Positions 50,067 to 60,560 of a stretch of 64,000 bases of DNA are shown in pieces. Each line of letters begins with the position of its first letter. Position 1 is the stretch's first letter. The stretch comes from a phage. Under the pieces are notes generated by a model. That model saw only the letters and a program-made list of their open reading frames with translations. It did not search any database and was not told where the DNA came from. The DNA lies in sequence record PZ402301.1. One strand, written 5' to 3'. A program made the translations under genes and the position numbers.

Positions 50067-50537
50067 TTAATCATGTTTCCACACCCCATCGGTATTTGAC
50101 CAAAGTCGCTGATTATCTGATCCTCGCCACAGCTTTTTGGTCGGAAGATTTTTCTCATACTTCCCATCAATAATAACATCAACATATTTAAGCATTTCTA
50201 GTTGTTTAATATCTTCAAACTTATATCCTGTCCACAACCAAATGCTTTTATTGGGATAAAGATTTTTTACTGTTTGAACAATGCAATGAACAACATCTCG
50301 GTTATCAGGATAGAGAGGGTCTCCTCCAGTTATAGTTAATCCTTCTATATAATCATTATTCAAACATTCAATTAATTGTTCTAGTGTTTCACCAGTGAAT
50401 GGAACACCATTTCTAGCATTCCATGTTGATTTATTATAACACCCTTCGCATTTATGCAAACAACCTGTAACGAAAAGAACGACCCTGCATCCAGGGCCAT
50501 TCACAAAATCGCAGGGATAAAATCTATCGTAATTCAT
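50067..50537 (-). CDS. nrdG: anaerobic ribonucleotide reductase activase NrdG (radical SAM)
   Basis: 156 aa with CxxxCxxC cluster motif (CLHKCEGC). Confidence 0.9.
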   Translation of the reverse strand: MNYDRFYPCDFVNGPGCRVVLFVTGCLHKCEGCYNKSTWNARNGVPFTGETLEQLIECLNNDYIEGLTITGGDPLYPDNRDVVHCIVQTVKNLYPNKSIWLWTGYKFEDIKQLEMLKYVDVIIDGKYEKNLPTKKLWRGSDNQRLWSNTDGVWKHD

Positions 50538-52428
50538 TGGTGTTTAACCCTATGCATGATTTCTTTATTTTTGCCAAGATTAAATCCGCGCTCGTTCGGA
50601 TTTCCCAAATAACCGCAAGTTCTTCTTATGGTGTTCATCTTTTTAGGATCAGTTTCTCCACAAATAGAACAAACAAATCCGTTTTCAGTAGGAGTCATTT
50701 CATGGGTACTTCCGCATGTAAAACATTTATCTACTGGCATATTAACACCAAAATAATCTAAATGTTGTGCAGCATAATCCCATACAGCCTCAAGACCTTT
50801 TAGGTTATTTTTCATATCAGGAAGTTCAACATAAGAAATGTGACCACCTGTCGCAATGAAATGATACGGAGCTTCGCGAGAAATCTTTTCAAACGGAGTA
50901 ATATTTTCTTCTACTGAAACGTGGAAACTGTTAGTATACCAGCCTTTATCGGTAACATCTTTTACACTTCCATATTTTTCGGTATCAAGTTTACAGAAGC
51001 GATAGCACAGGTTTTCAGCAGGAGTAGAATATAAGCTAAAAGCAAAACCAGTTCTTTCAGTCCATTGTTTAAGATGAATATTCATTTTAGTTAAAATTTC
51101 TTGTCCAATATCACGACCGACAAGAATATTCAATTCGTGAATACCAATGTATCCTAGGGACACTGAACTTCTACCGTTTTTAAATAACTCAATTATATCG
51201 TCATCAGGTTTAAGACGAACCCCGAATGCACCTTCTTGATAAAGAATAGGAGCAACAGTAGCTTTAACCCCTTTTAAGGAACTAATTCTACACATCAAAG
51301 CTTCAAAACATAAATCCATTCGCTCATTGAACAATTCAGTAAATTTCTGTTCATTGAACTGTGTTCCAATATAAGAATCTAACGCAATACGAGGAAGATT
51401 CAGTGTTACAACACCAAGATTATTACGTCCATCAAGAATTTCATTACCAGTCGAATCTTTCCATACGCCCAAGAAACTACGACAACCCATTGGAGAAACA
51501 GGAATAGATGAACCGGTGATAGCTTTATTGTTCTTAGCCGAAATGATGTCAGGATACATTCTTTTACTTGCACACTCTAGAGCAAGCTGCTTAATATCAT
51601 AGTTCGGATCGTCTTTATAAAGATTAACACCTTCTTCAACGAACATAACAAGTTTAGGGAAAATAGGAGTTATCCCGTCACGACCAAGGCCTTTAATACG
51701 ATTTTTCAGAATTGCTTTCTGAATCATTCGTTCAGTCCAGTCAGTTCCCATGCCAAATGTAATTGTTACAAAAGGCGTTTGTCCGTTTGAACTAAAGAGA
51801 GTATTTATTCAGTCCAGTCAGTTCCCATGCCAAATGTAATTGTTACAAAAGGCGTTTGTCCGTTTGAACTAAAGAGAGTATTTAGTTCATATTCATAAGC
51901 TTGGAATGCATCGTATACGTCTTTTTCTGTTTTAGATTGGGCATAATTCAACGCATCAGCGATTTGCCATTTTTCTGCATCCTCAATATGTTTTGCATAG
52001 GTGCGTTTAACATAAGGAGAAAGGACTTTATCTACATTCGCAAAAGTCGTTCCACCATATTGATGGGAAGCAACCTGTGCAGTAATTTGTGCCATAATTG
52101 CAGTAGCAACACCGATTGATTTAGGAGTTTCAATCTGTGCATTACCGAGCTTAAATCCGTTCTCAAGCATTCCTTTTAAATCTACTAAACAGCAATTAGT
52201 AAATGGAAGAGCAGGGGAATAATCAATATCATGGAAATGAATAATTCCGCTTTCATGCGCTTTCATAATAAAAGACGGGACCATATTTTTGGCAATGTGT
52301 TTAGACACAATACCAGCCATAAGGTCCCGTTGAGTTGGAAAAACACGAGAATCTTTATTAGCATTCTCGTTTAAAAGGTCTTTATTAGTTTTATGAATCA
52401 ATCCTTCAATTTCTTTTTCAATTGTCAT
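50534..52428 (-). pseudogene. nrdD: anaerobic ribonucleotide reductase nrdD, split by a frameshifting tandem duplication
   Basis: Two collinear ORFs (207 aa and 405 aa): the first ends ...FGMGTDWTE and the second begins MGTDWTERMIQ; the C-terminal part carries the glycyl-radical motif (RRTCGYLG) and a Cys4 zinc ribbon. Confidence 0.7.
51731..51884. repeat. perfect 77-bp tandem direct duplication inside nrdD
   Basis: ttcagtccagtcagttcccatgccaaatgtaattgttacaaaaggcgtttgtccgtttgaactaaagagagtattta occurs twice in tandem; 77 is not a multiple of 3, and the junction creates an in-frame TAA. Confidence 0.8.
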
Positions 52429-52898
52429 TTTAAACTCTTTCTAAGCTGCTTCTTAAATGAAGCTATTAATTGTGTTTTAGTGTCAGATTCATTATATTCA
52501 AATCCTCTTTGAAGCATCTCAGCCATCATTTCCTCTTTTCCTAAACGAGAAAATTCCTTTGATTTATCTCCAACGAAGTTAGGGTGAATATTATTTTGGG
52601 TGTAATCGGATTTTAAATAAGTAAGTAAATTTTCTAGCCATTCAAGATAATCAACACCTTGTCCCTTTAAGCCAGAACGATTGAATTTATGCTTCATTTG
52701 ACCTTCTGCAGCATTACAGAGATTACATAGCAACCCACGTACCTTTCCTGCTTTTGGTCCATTTAATTCATGGTCATGGTCAAGGTGATTAGCTTGAACA
52801 TCAGGATTTAGTTCTCGTTGGCAAATTAAGCATTTACCGTTTTGTGCATCATAAAATTTCTGTTTTTCTTCTTTGTATAATTTGCCAGTCAATAACAT
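52425..52898 (-). CDS. 49: endonuclease VII (Holliday junction resolvase) gp49
   Basis: 157 aa with zinc-binding Cys cluster (CLICQRE...CNLCN) and HxDH region, matching T4 gp49 length. Confidence 0.85.
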   Translation of the reverse strand: MLLTGKLYKEEKQKFYDAQNGKCLICQRELNPDVQANHLDHDHELNGPKAGKVRGLLCNLCNAAEGQMKHKFNRSGLKGQGVDYLEWLENLLTYLKSDYTQNNIHPNFVGDKSKEFSRLGKEEMMAEMLQRGFEYNESDTKTQLIASFKKQLRKSLK

Positions 52899-52947
52899 AA
52901 TAAAACCCTTACCTTGAATAGATAAGGGTATTTATTATTTTCAAGTA

Positions 52948-53412
52948 TTAAAATGCTCGGTCAGAAAAAGAAATTTGAGTTTCAAGCCATTCAATATATT
53001 CTGCCGCAGCTTGCATCAAATTTCCTTCATAACCATCGTTATTTTCTTGTGCAGCTAATTTAGCTAATGCATATGAAATGCGTTCACCTTGAAAAGCGGC
53101 TTTAGGTTTATGAATAACTTGATCAACTCGTTCTACGACCTCTTCAATTTCGCCATTTTCTACTGATTCAGTATTCCACAAGCACCAATACGTAATTGGC
53201 TTATCGTAGATGTTAATAATCTTTCCATCAGAAAGTTCAATTTCAATAATTCCAGTATCAGGTTCTATATCATCTTCGCATTCTTTTGCAAGTTCACGAA
53301 CTTTAAAGACAGCACCTGCACTAAGTTCCGGCCAGTAATTACACAGCCCTGTATCAGCACGATTAATTCTAAACCACTTATCTACTGTAATCATGTCCCA
53401 TCTCCATATCAA
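52948..53412 (-). CDS. hypothetical acidic protein (154 aa)
   Basis: Minus-strand ORF beside gp49, near the T4 pin position; no recognisable motif. Confidence 0.4.
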   Translation of the reverse strand: MIWRWDMITVDKWFRINRADTGLCNYWPELSAGAVFKVRELAKECEDDIEPDTGIIEIELSDGKIINIYDKPITYWCLWNTESVENGEIEEVVERVDQVIHKPKAAFQGERISYALAKLAAQENNDGYEGNLMQAAAEYIEWLETQISFSDRAF

Positions 53413-53517
53413 TTAAGTCATTTATCGTTGGTTCATTATATACTGTTTCTTCATCAGTGTAAACCGGTTCTTCCGGCTCTGGCTCTACTGTTTTCCATCT
53501 AGCCGCCCACCAAGGTT

Positions 53518-53838
53518 TTATAGCGTAATCCATTCTCGTATTGTCTGAGTTACTACACGTTCACGGGGCTCGACTAGTTCAACAGTCGGAACTGCATAAT
53601 ACCAGTCAGAATGGTAAGAACCTGAGCGAGATTCATTTACGGAAACATGTACATTATGTTTCGGACTAAAATAAACGCACTGCCGATATTGGCATTTGCC
53701 ATCTTGTACCCAATCTTCTATTTCGACAGGTTTAAGATAATCCGAAAAATCGAAATCATAATTTTCTGAAAATGCATCATGGTCTTCGATGATTTCACTC
53801 AGAACTGCATCAACATCTAATTTATTTTCAATAGTCAT
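53518..53838 (-). CDS. hypothetical protein (106 aa)
   Basis: Minus-strand ORF. Confidence 0.4.
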   Translation of the reverse strand: MTIENKLDVDAVLSEIIEDHDAFSENYDFDFSDYLKPVEIEDWVQDGKCQYRQCVYFSPKHNVHVSVNESRSGSYHSDWYYAVPTVELVEPRERVVTQTIREWITL

Positions 53839-53849
53839 TTGTCACCACT

Positions 53850-54059
53850 TTAATTTCGCAATTTATTAAGTTCTTCATAATCAATCCAGGATTCTAATCC
53901 TGATGGCAAATCAGATTCAATTTCCCAAAGAAGCTCTTCAATTTTCTGAAGACGATCTAATTCTTCGGCTGGAATAGTAACCATTGACGGAGTTCTTGAT
54001 ACACTAATATCGTAAATCATATTTACCCCAGTTTGACCATGCAATCGCCGTATTTCCAT
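53850..54059 (-). CDS. hypothetical protein (69 aa)
   Basis: Minus-strand ORF. Confidence 0.4.
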   Translation of the reverse strand: MEIRRLHGQTGVNMIYDISVSRTPSMVTIPAEELDRLQKIEELLWEIESDLPSGLESWIDYEELNKLRN

Positions 54060-54238
54060 TTAGAAATAGACTTTTCACCGTTAGAATAATAAACTTCGAG
54101 TTTAGCACGATTATTTTTAATTTGAATAACCTTTGCTGTCATCAAAGTTCCATATCCATAATAAACTGCAACCTCATCGCCTACATATACCGCGCTTCCG
54201 CGGTAGTCATGGATATAATCAGTTCCTTCGAGCATCAT
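54023..54238 (-). CDS. hypothetical protein (71 aa)
   Basis: Minus-strand ORF overlapping the nrdC start. Confidence 0.4.
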   Translation of the reverse strand: MMLEGTDYIHDYRGSAVYVGDEVAVYYGYGTLMTAKVIQIKNNRAKLEVYYSNGEKSISKWKYGDCMVKLG

Positions 54239-54498
54239 TTAAAGTATTCCCGCAATTGGTCAAATCCACCAATATGACTTCCATCAGGAGCAAATACTTG
54301 TGGCATTGTCAGCCCAATTTGAGTATCACGACCCAGTTTAGTTAGAAGCTCAGCGATTTTCTCATCATCAAAAACACCTTTTTCCGGCATAATGTTGATA
54401 AATTCAAACGGCTGTTTCTTCACAGTCAAGAGACGTTTTGCATTATCGCAATACACACATTTATGGATGTTGCTATCATAACCATATACTTTAAACAT
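54235..54498 (-). CDS. nrdC: thioredoxin/glutaredoxin NrdC
   Basis: 87 aa with CxxC (CVYC) near the N-terminus. Confidence 0.8.
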   Translation of the reverse strand: MFKVYGYDSNIHKCVYCDNAKRLLTVKKQPFEFINIMPEKGVFDDEKIAELLTKLGRDTQIGLTMPQVFAPDGSHIGGFDQLREYFK

Positions 54499-54499
54499 A

Positions 54500-54742
54500 T
54501 TATTCCTTAATTCCTAGTACTTGTTTAAAAGCCTCGTCGTAATCAAGACTTTGACCCGTTTGTTCTTTATGTTTGTATATAATATCACTTACTTCTGATA
54601 GCATATTTTTATATGAACGAGTTAAAGCAGATTTAAGCACGCTGTATCTATCAGGAAATTTACCGTGTTCATTATAATACGCTATTGCTAATTCACGGAC
54701 TGCCTTTTCAGCAATCTCCATATATTCTTTACGCTTTGTCAT
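54500..54742 (-). CDS. hypothetical protein (about 80 aa)
   Basis: Start taken at the internal Met ([13 protein letters not shown]...) just after the stop of the upstream ORF. Confidence 0.4.
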   Translation of the reverse strand: MTKRKEYMEIAEKAVRELAIAYYNEHGKFPDRYSVLKSALTRSYKNMLSEVSDIIYKHKEQTGQSLDYDEAFKQVLGIKE

Positions 54743-54743
54743 T

Positions 54744-55133
54744 TTAATCCAAAATATTATTAGGCATTGGTTGAACACTCGCAAGTTCTTTAAAGAACTC
54801 AGTAGAGTCAGGTAATTTAACCATTTCCGGAGCATGCTTACTAAATTTATGTTTGCAATGACGGCATTTATATTCAAGTTCCGGTTTACGCCAGTTAATC
54901 AATTGAACCTGTTCAGTACCGCATTCAGGACAATTAGGAACGTTTTTAGAAGCCCTTTCGCGACGTTCAACCATAGCCATAATAGCATCCCAGGCTGGAG
55001 GTTTAAAATCTAAATCGTCACAACCATGAATCTTTCCACGCATTTCTAAATCGTCTTCTTCACCAGCCATAATAATTTTAATTAGACTGGAATTACTTGA
55101 AGCTGCAATATCTTCTAATAGACGCTTTTTCAT
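54744..55133 (-). CDS. zinc-ribbon protein (129 aa)
   Basis: Two CxxC pairs (CPECG ... CRHCKH). Confidence 0.45.
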   Translation of the reverse strand: MKKRLLEDIAASSNSSLIKIIMAGEEDDLEMRGKIHGCDDLDFKPPAWDAIMAMVERRERASKNVPNCPECGTEQVQLINWRKPELEYKCRHCKHKFSKHAPEMVKLPDSTEFFKELASVQPMPNNILD

Positions 55134-56059
55134 TTCAGTACCTCAATAGCATTACGTAAACCATTTGCTTTTGCATTAAGAGCTTTTAACAATTTAGTGT
55201 GTTCGGCAATTTGGGCTTCAACTTCAATCAAACGAGCATTGAGATATTCGCGTTCTTCGCTCAAGCTATCAACCTTTTCTACTTTAGGTTCTTTTACAAC
55301 TGGCTTATATGTATTAGGGTTCTTCAGTTTAATTAGAATACGTGAACTGTATAACATTGAACCATTATTTTCGATTTCGTCATACATTTCTACTACGTCC
55401 ATGATTTTTAACATCATGCGGAGTTTATAAGATAACGAACGAATAGTTTTGTTGTGCTTATTAATTTCTCTAGCTGTCATGGTGCCGAGATTACGTGAGT
55501 AATAATAAGGAACCTGGATATTAATTAATACTGATGAACCACCTGGCTTGTGTGTTACTTCATCAGCAATAACCCAGTCCTTAACATGAACTGTATTTGT
55601 ACGGTCATCGCCCGCGGTAAATAGTTTACGAGCATGCTTAAAAAGCATATTCACTTGGTCATTGAATTGACAAGCAAATTTATCAGCAAATTTAGTTTCA
55701 GGAATGGTAGATAACCAATCAGCCAAATGGGTCTTTTTAACATCGTTAACAATAGTAAATTCAACTAAATCGGTTATAGATGTCGTAGATTTAATGAAGC
55801 TCGGCTTCATAAAGTTTTCAATGTTATCACGAGCTACAGTAGAAGATAACATACGAGAACGTTTAAACCATTCAAGCAAATTGCCTAACGAATAAGAATA
55901 AGCGTTTTGAGTATCTTTACAGATATGATTTTCCTGGCCAACATATTGAAGGAAATCACGAAGAATATTATTGATTACTGCTCTGTGTCCGATCTGATAA
56001 TTACGGTGTTTAGTAATAAGACTGTCAAAATAATCAATATAATGTTTACGAGTTTTCAT
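55130..56059 (-). CDS. paralog family member 1 (309 aa), C-terminal coiled coil
   Basis: Starts MKTRK; ends in a heptad-like tail ([39 protein letters not shown]). Confidence 0.5.
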   Translation of the reverse strand: MKTRKHYIDYFDSLITKHRNYQIGHRAVINNILRDFLQYVGQENHICKDTQNAYSYSLGNLLEWFKRSRMLSSTVARDNIENFMKPSFIKSTTSITDLVEFTIVNDVKKTHLADWLSTIPETKFADKFACQFNDQVNMLFKHARKLFTAGDDRTNTVHVKDWVIADEVTHKPGGSSVLINIQVPYYYSRNLGTMTAREINKHNKTIRSLSYKLRMMLKIMDVVEMYDEIENNGSMLYSSRILIKLKNPNTYKPVVKEPKVEKVDSLSEEREYLNARLIEVEAQIAEHTKLLKALNAKANGLRNAIEVLK

Positions 56060-56111
56060 GTTCTTCTCACTTGGTTAATGATTTATACTCCGAGCCATCC
56101 TTGGCTTTAAA

Positions 56112-57114
56112 TTACTTAATTAACTGTAAAGCTTGTTCAAGACGATCCAGGCGATTAACAGATTCTTCCCAAATCCTTTTAGCCTGCTCATATTCTTTCT
56201 GCGCTTTATTAGAAATTTCTAGAACTTCTTTATAAGTCTTTTCTAGTGCAATAACTTCTGGACGAATTTCTACAGGTTCAGGCGAATCATCAAGATTATC
56301 CATTAGTTCCTCAAGTGTAATTTCTTCTTTAGGAGTATTCACAATTTCATCACATTTTTGTTGGTAAATTTCTTTATCAGTCGGTGAGTATGCACATTTC
56401 ACTTCACGAAGACTAACTACAATTTTATATCCTTCCCAACCGCATATATTCTTAAAAGGATACGTATGAATATTTTCTACTGTTTCCATACAAAGTAATG
56501 CGGTTTCTAATTGACGAGTTATAGTGCTAGCAATTGAGAAAAATTTATTAATGTTCTTTTGGTTAGTTTCTGGTGTAAAAAATCCATAATTCACAAAAAT
56601 AGATACTTTATTTTTATCAAGTTCATATTCTTTTATGATAATCATATCAGAAGCCAAAGGATGAATTTGACGATAATTGCCATAACATAATTTAGAAGCT
56701 GATTTTAGAATTTGCTTTTTGAAAAGTCTGAAATTACTAATCCAACGACGAGTAAAAATATTCTCAGGGTCTTCTTTATTATTAAGATGATAAGAATTAA
56801 CATCACCGAACCAATTATATCCTACTACATCTTTGGTTCGTTTAATTTCTTTCCCAAAATTACCAAGAATATCCCGATTAACCAAATATGAAAGAAGACG
56901 AGAACCTTTAAAGGTTTTCTTAATGTCATCTTTATCCGTACGACTAGAAATTTCACGAACTTCGTGAATAAATTTGCTGGAAGAAACAATGCTTACATCA
57001 ATATTATTGAGCCATCGATTGATAATGGAAATAACGATATTCTGACTAGTCATAGGTTTAACTTTATCATCAATAACGCTATTGAATGATTTGATATATT
57101 CGTTACGAGTCATA
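56112..57114 (-). CDS. paralog family member 2, C-terminal coiled coil
   Basis: Probable start MTRNEYIKSF (track ORF runs to 57164); tail KEYEQAKRIWEESVNRLDRLEQALQLIK. Confidence 0.5.
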
Positions 57115-57170
57115 TTAATCTCCTCAGTAGAAAGTAAGAACATTATACCACATCCTTGTGGCAAAGTAAA

Positions 57171-58199
57171 CTAGTTTAGTGCATTTAGTGCATTGTTCAG
57201 TTTAGAACGTTGCTTCGTGAGATTTTTGACTTTTTCTTGAGCTTTTTCTAGCATCTTTTCAGCTTCTAACACTTCATTAGTTGCTTTAACGAGTTCATCA
57301 TCTACTGCCTTGATAGACTTCTCAATCGCATCGGCATGCCATTTTTCAACAGGTTTAAGACTCGGATTTTCAACAGGAAGAAAATTCACTTTATTGAATT
57401 TCCATGCATCCTTATTACCTGAACTATACATCCAAAATTTAGGATCGTTTGATGAGTAATTGGATAAATTTAAATTTAAGTTATCTTGCACTTCCTGCTT
57501 TTTCTCTTGCGGGACTTCGTCCTTTCTCAAAAATTCATATTTAAATGAAACGATCATATCAAGTTCATATGTTGTTGTGTCTAATTTAAATCGTTCGAAA
57601 TGTTGTGAAATCTTAGACTGAACAGCAGCAACAACATCCATATACTTAAATGCTTCTGTCAACTGCGATTTAAGGCATTCGCAAATTGAAAGAGAATTTT
57701 TTGTATTAGGTTTAAAGCTAATTCGTGCAGTTCTGTTATTTTCTTTTAATGGTCTTACTTCCATCTGAAGAGTATAACCATCAAATTTCAGGTTCTTTAA
57801 GTTAATGTCAGAACCTTTTAATCGACTAGCCGTCGACAAAATTTGCTTTAATTGTCTACGGAACAGAGCAATAAATCTCCATTCAATACGATAATGATTT
57901 GGATTGAAAAATCCAGATGATAAATCGACCTTACTTTGACCAACGCCTTGAACAAATAGAGGATTTTTATAATCAATGGTTTTACAGAAATCGGTGAGTT
58001 GCTCACGAGCAGTCATTTGTGTAATATACCCCGCTTTACTAAAATGACGTAACCATTCACTGCTATTCGTATACTTAAAGTGATGAATAACACGATTAAC
58101 TTTATCAGGGTCTAAATTATTTTCACACAAAAATGTCATAACATCACGAGTATAGCTGGCGTTACGAACCATATCTTCAATTTGAGAACGAGTTTTCAT
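57171..58199 (-). CDS. paralog family member 3 (342 aa), C-terminal coiled coil
   Basis: Starts MKTRS; shares an MDVV block with member 1; tail EAEKMLEKAQEKVKNLTKQRSKLNNALNALN. Confidence 0.5.
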   Translation of the reverse strand: MKTRSQIEDMVRNASYTRDVMTFLCENNLDPDKVNRVIHHFKYTNSSEWLRHFSKAGYITQMTAREQLTDFCKTIDYKNPLFVQGVGQSKVDLSSGFFNPNHYRIEWRFIALFRRQLKQILSTASRLKGSDINLKNLKFDGYTLQMEVRPLKENNRTARISFKPNTKNSLSICECLKSQLTEAFKYMDVVAAVQSKISQHFERFKLDTTTYELDMIVSFKYEFLRKDEVPQEKKQEVQDNLNLNLSNYSSNDPKFWMYSSGNKDAWKFNKVNFLPVENPSLKPVEKWHADAIEKSIKAVDDELVKATNEVLEAEKMLEKAQEKVKNLTKQRSKLNNALNALN

Positions 58200-58207
58200 G
58201 GTGTTCC

Positions 58208-59134
58208 TTAAGATTTAAGTAAATCAACAATTTTAATTAACTTTTCACGCTCAGATTTAGCTTTACTACTCAATCCAGATAGTCTGAAAATTTCATCGTC
58301 ATATTGTTGAATAGAAATATTCAGCTCTTCAATCTGTTTATTAAAATAATCAATTTGTTCAGAATGTTTTTCGTTACTACGAACTGGTACAGGTTTTGTA
58401 GGCAATGTAGTTGAACTGGATTCATCCGGGCGATAAATTAAAATACAACTTGAACCAATAGGGCATTTTGCACCAGATGAATATTCTAATGTTCCAGCTT
58501 CTTTTAAAACTTCAAAAGCTAAACAGAGATGATGCCCCATATTAACATAATCTGTAGAGTGAGCTCTGATGTAATAATCATCGCCACGAATACTAAATTT
58601 AAAGCATTTAAGGTCTTCTGTATTATTGGTCTTAAAAATCATCTGTTTATCTAGACCTTTAGCTAATCGAGCGCCCAATGCTAATAATCGTCGCTGATTT
58701 TCCCACAAATCCGCAATCATTTGGTCGAATGATAATTTTGGCATTAGTCGACCATAAAGGTCATATCCTTTATTGTAATTACGAAGGATTTCACTCGCGT
58801 TAATACGAGACAATGCTCCAATTTTATTAAGGGCTTTCATAATGCGATTAGATAAACTCATTCCAGATCCATTTGTTCGCTGTAAATGTTTTTCTAATCC
58901 AAATCCAATATCAACTTTAAACTTATCTAAAATTTCTGCATGAACATCTCTGTCAATAACATTCAAATCCAAAGTTGGGTTAAATCTATGAAAAAACTTA
59001 TCTGGCTCTCCACGGCGAAATACAGTCCATTCATTCATCATTTTTTTATTAGCTAAAGATTTAATTACTGCATTGACATTATTAATTACTACTGACATAT
59101 TTTCCTCACTCAATTTCAATTTTACTAAATACAC
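58208..59134 (-). CDS. paralog family member 4 (308 aa), C-terminal coiled coil
   Basis: Similar size and layout; tail IEELNISIQQYDDEIFRLSGLSSKAKSEREKLIKIVDLLKS. Confidence 0.45.
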   Translation of the reverse strand: MYLVKLKLSEENMSVVINNVNAVIKSLANKKMMNEWTVFRRGEPDKFFHRFNPTLDLNVIDRDVHAEILDKFKVDIGFGLEKHLQRTNGSGMSLSNRIMKALNKIGALSRINASEILRNYNKGYDLYGRLMPKLSFDQMIADLWENQRRLLALGARLAKGLDKQMIFKTNNTEDLKCFKFSIRGDDYYIRAHSTDYVNMGHHLCLAFEVLKEAGTLEYSSGAKCPIGSSCILIYRPDESSSTTLPTKPVPVRSNEKHSEQIDYFNKQIEELNISIQQYDDEIFRLSGLSSKAKSEREKLIKIVDLLKS

Positions 59135-59513
59135 AGAATATGATTGAACAGACTACATAAGCACCACACACAGATTGAACTAATACCATCCCAAAGAACC
59201 AAACAATATTATCAAACAGTGTCTGTTTTACGTCGAAAGGACGTAAACTTACAGTAATATTATCACCTTTTTCTATTGAAGAATACATCTCTGGGGAAAT
59301 ATATTCACTAAATCTATAACCGTCTTTGAGTTCATATACGGCAATAAACGATAAACTAGACCCTTTTCCTTGTGTTCCTGTAATGGTATTAACTACAGTA
59401 ACATCATAATCTTTATAATGCATATAATCATTAATTGCGTAATAACCGTATGCAACTACTACACATAAACAACATATCAATAAATTCAATCTTTTAATTA
59501 TCAACTGTTTCAT
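59106..59513 (-). CDS. hypothetical membrane protein (135 aa)
   Basis: N- and C-terminal hydrophobic segments; downstream of an early promoter near 59520-59560. Confidence 0.45.
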   Translation of the reverse strand: MKQLIIKRLNLLICCLCVVVAYGYYAINDYMHYKDYDVTVVNTITGTQGKGSSLSFIAVYELKDGYRFSEYISPEMYSSIEKGDNITVSLRPFDVKQTLFDNIVWFFGMVLVQSVCGAYVVCSIIFCVFSKIEIE

Positions 59514-59568
59514 AATAATCTCAATTAAAAGGGCTTAGAACCATTATACCATCCTTGGTATAAAGCGG

Positions 59569-60096
59569 TTATGCGAGTACCGTCTTTAACCGTTCTTCAA
59601 ACTTCCGAAGAGTATTTTGGCGTTCAGCTCTTTGCTTTTTGTAAGTTTCAATACGCTCTGAAATGAGAGTGTATCGTTCATTTACTGATTCTTTCATAAA
59701 ATCAGGAATTTCACGAGAAGCTTTAATCTCGTCAAATTTATCAATAACAGCTTGCTCTTCAGCAATTAAGTTATCATACATTAAAATATCTTTCTTGATG
59801 AACTCAATATCTTCTTGAGTTACACGAGATAATTTAGATGCTTTATCCTTTTTGTACTGTTCGTTAGTATCACGAGACCAGTGTAATGTACGATTTTTAT
59901 TCGTATTTTTGTAAATTTCTACAATACCAATCTCATCAATAATAACGATCCAATTCCAACGGGATTTGTAAATTTGTCCTCCATCAACTGTGATTTCACC
60001 TCCGATTGAGATGTCGTTAAAGAACTTGCTTTGTGCTTCAGATTTAAATTTACCATCGTTGTAATTTACCAAGTTGAAAATATCTTTAGCGTTCAT
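59569..60096 (-). CDS. hypothetical protein with coiled-coil tail (175 aa)
   Basis: ATG preceded by GGAGGAACAGAAA; tail ERIETYKKQRAERQNTLRKFEERLKTVLA. Confidence 0.5.
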   Translation of the reverse strand: MNAKDIFNLVNYNDGKFKSEAQSKFFNDISIGGEITVDGGQIYKSRWNWIVIIDEIGIVEIYKNTNKNRTLHWSRDTNEQYKKDKASKLSRVTQEDIEFIKKDILMYDNLIAEEQAVIDKFDEIKASREIPDFMKESVNERYTLISERIETYKKQRAERQNTLRKFEERLKTVLA

Positions 60097-60103
60097 TTTC
60101 TGT

Positions 60104-60150
60104 TCCTCCGTAGTTGATAGTTGTATAGTACCACAGAGGAACAGTCTTGT
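60104..60150 (-). promoter_or_regulatory. early promoter inside an inverted repeat
   Basis: Near-identical copy of the 6243-6290 module (GTTTAC, TGGTACTATACAACT, flanking ctgttcctc / gaggaacag inverted repeat). Confidence 0.55.
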
Positions 60151-60156
60151 AAACCA

Positions 60157-60471
60157 CTAAAAGAAACTTCTTTCACAATTTTTTCCACTGAACCATGCAC
60201 TTACCGCTTTCTTAGTCTCGGGAGCAGTGTTATCCATAAACCATTCAAAGGCAGCCTTTTTATGATTCTGGAGGGCTTCTCGGGCTTTAATCTGCTCACG
60301 GTCTATTAACACTAACATATGAGCCTTTCTTGTCACCATGGGCTTCTTATGATTTTTTGAATATTCCCAGTCATTTGTCCATCGCATTGTCGTTGCGAAC
60401 TGAAATACTGCTTCTTTAATTTTAGTTTCGTAAATTTCACGAGCCTTTGAGTATAACATCACTACCTCCAT
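60157..60471 (-). CDS. hypothetical protein (104 aa)
   Basis: Minus-strand ORF. Confidence 0.45.
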   Translation of the reverse strand: MEVVMLYSKAREIYETKIKEAVFQFATTMRWTNDWEYSKNHKKPMVTRKAHMLVLIDREQIKAREALQNHKKAAFEWFMDNTAPETKKAVSAWFSGKNCERSFF

Positions 60472-60560
60472 TCACCAGTTTAATTCTAGTCATCTTTTTG
60501 ATGGCAGTCCATATAATCTATTTCTGAACTGCCTTTTTGTCATAGAAGTCCTCTTATGAA

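Noticed and set aside
50534-52428. Group I intron or intron-encoded endonuclease within nrdD.
   Set aside because: The two nrdD fragments are separated only by the 77-bp duplicate; there is no intron-sized insert.
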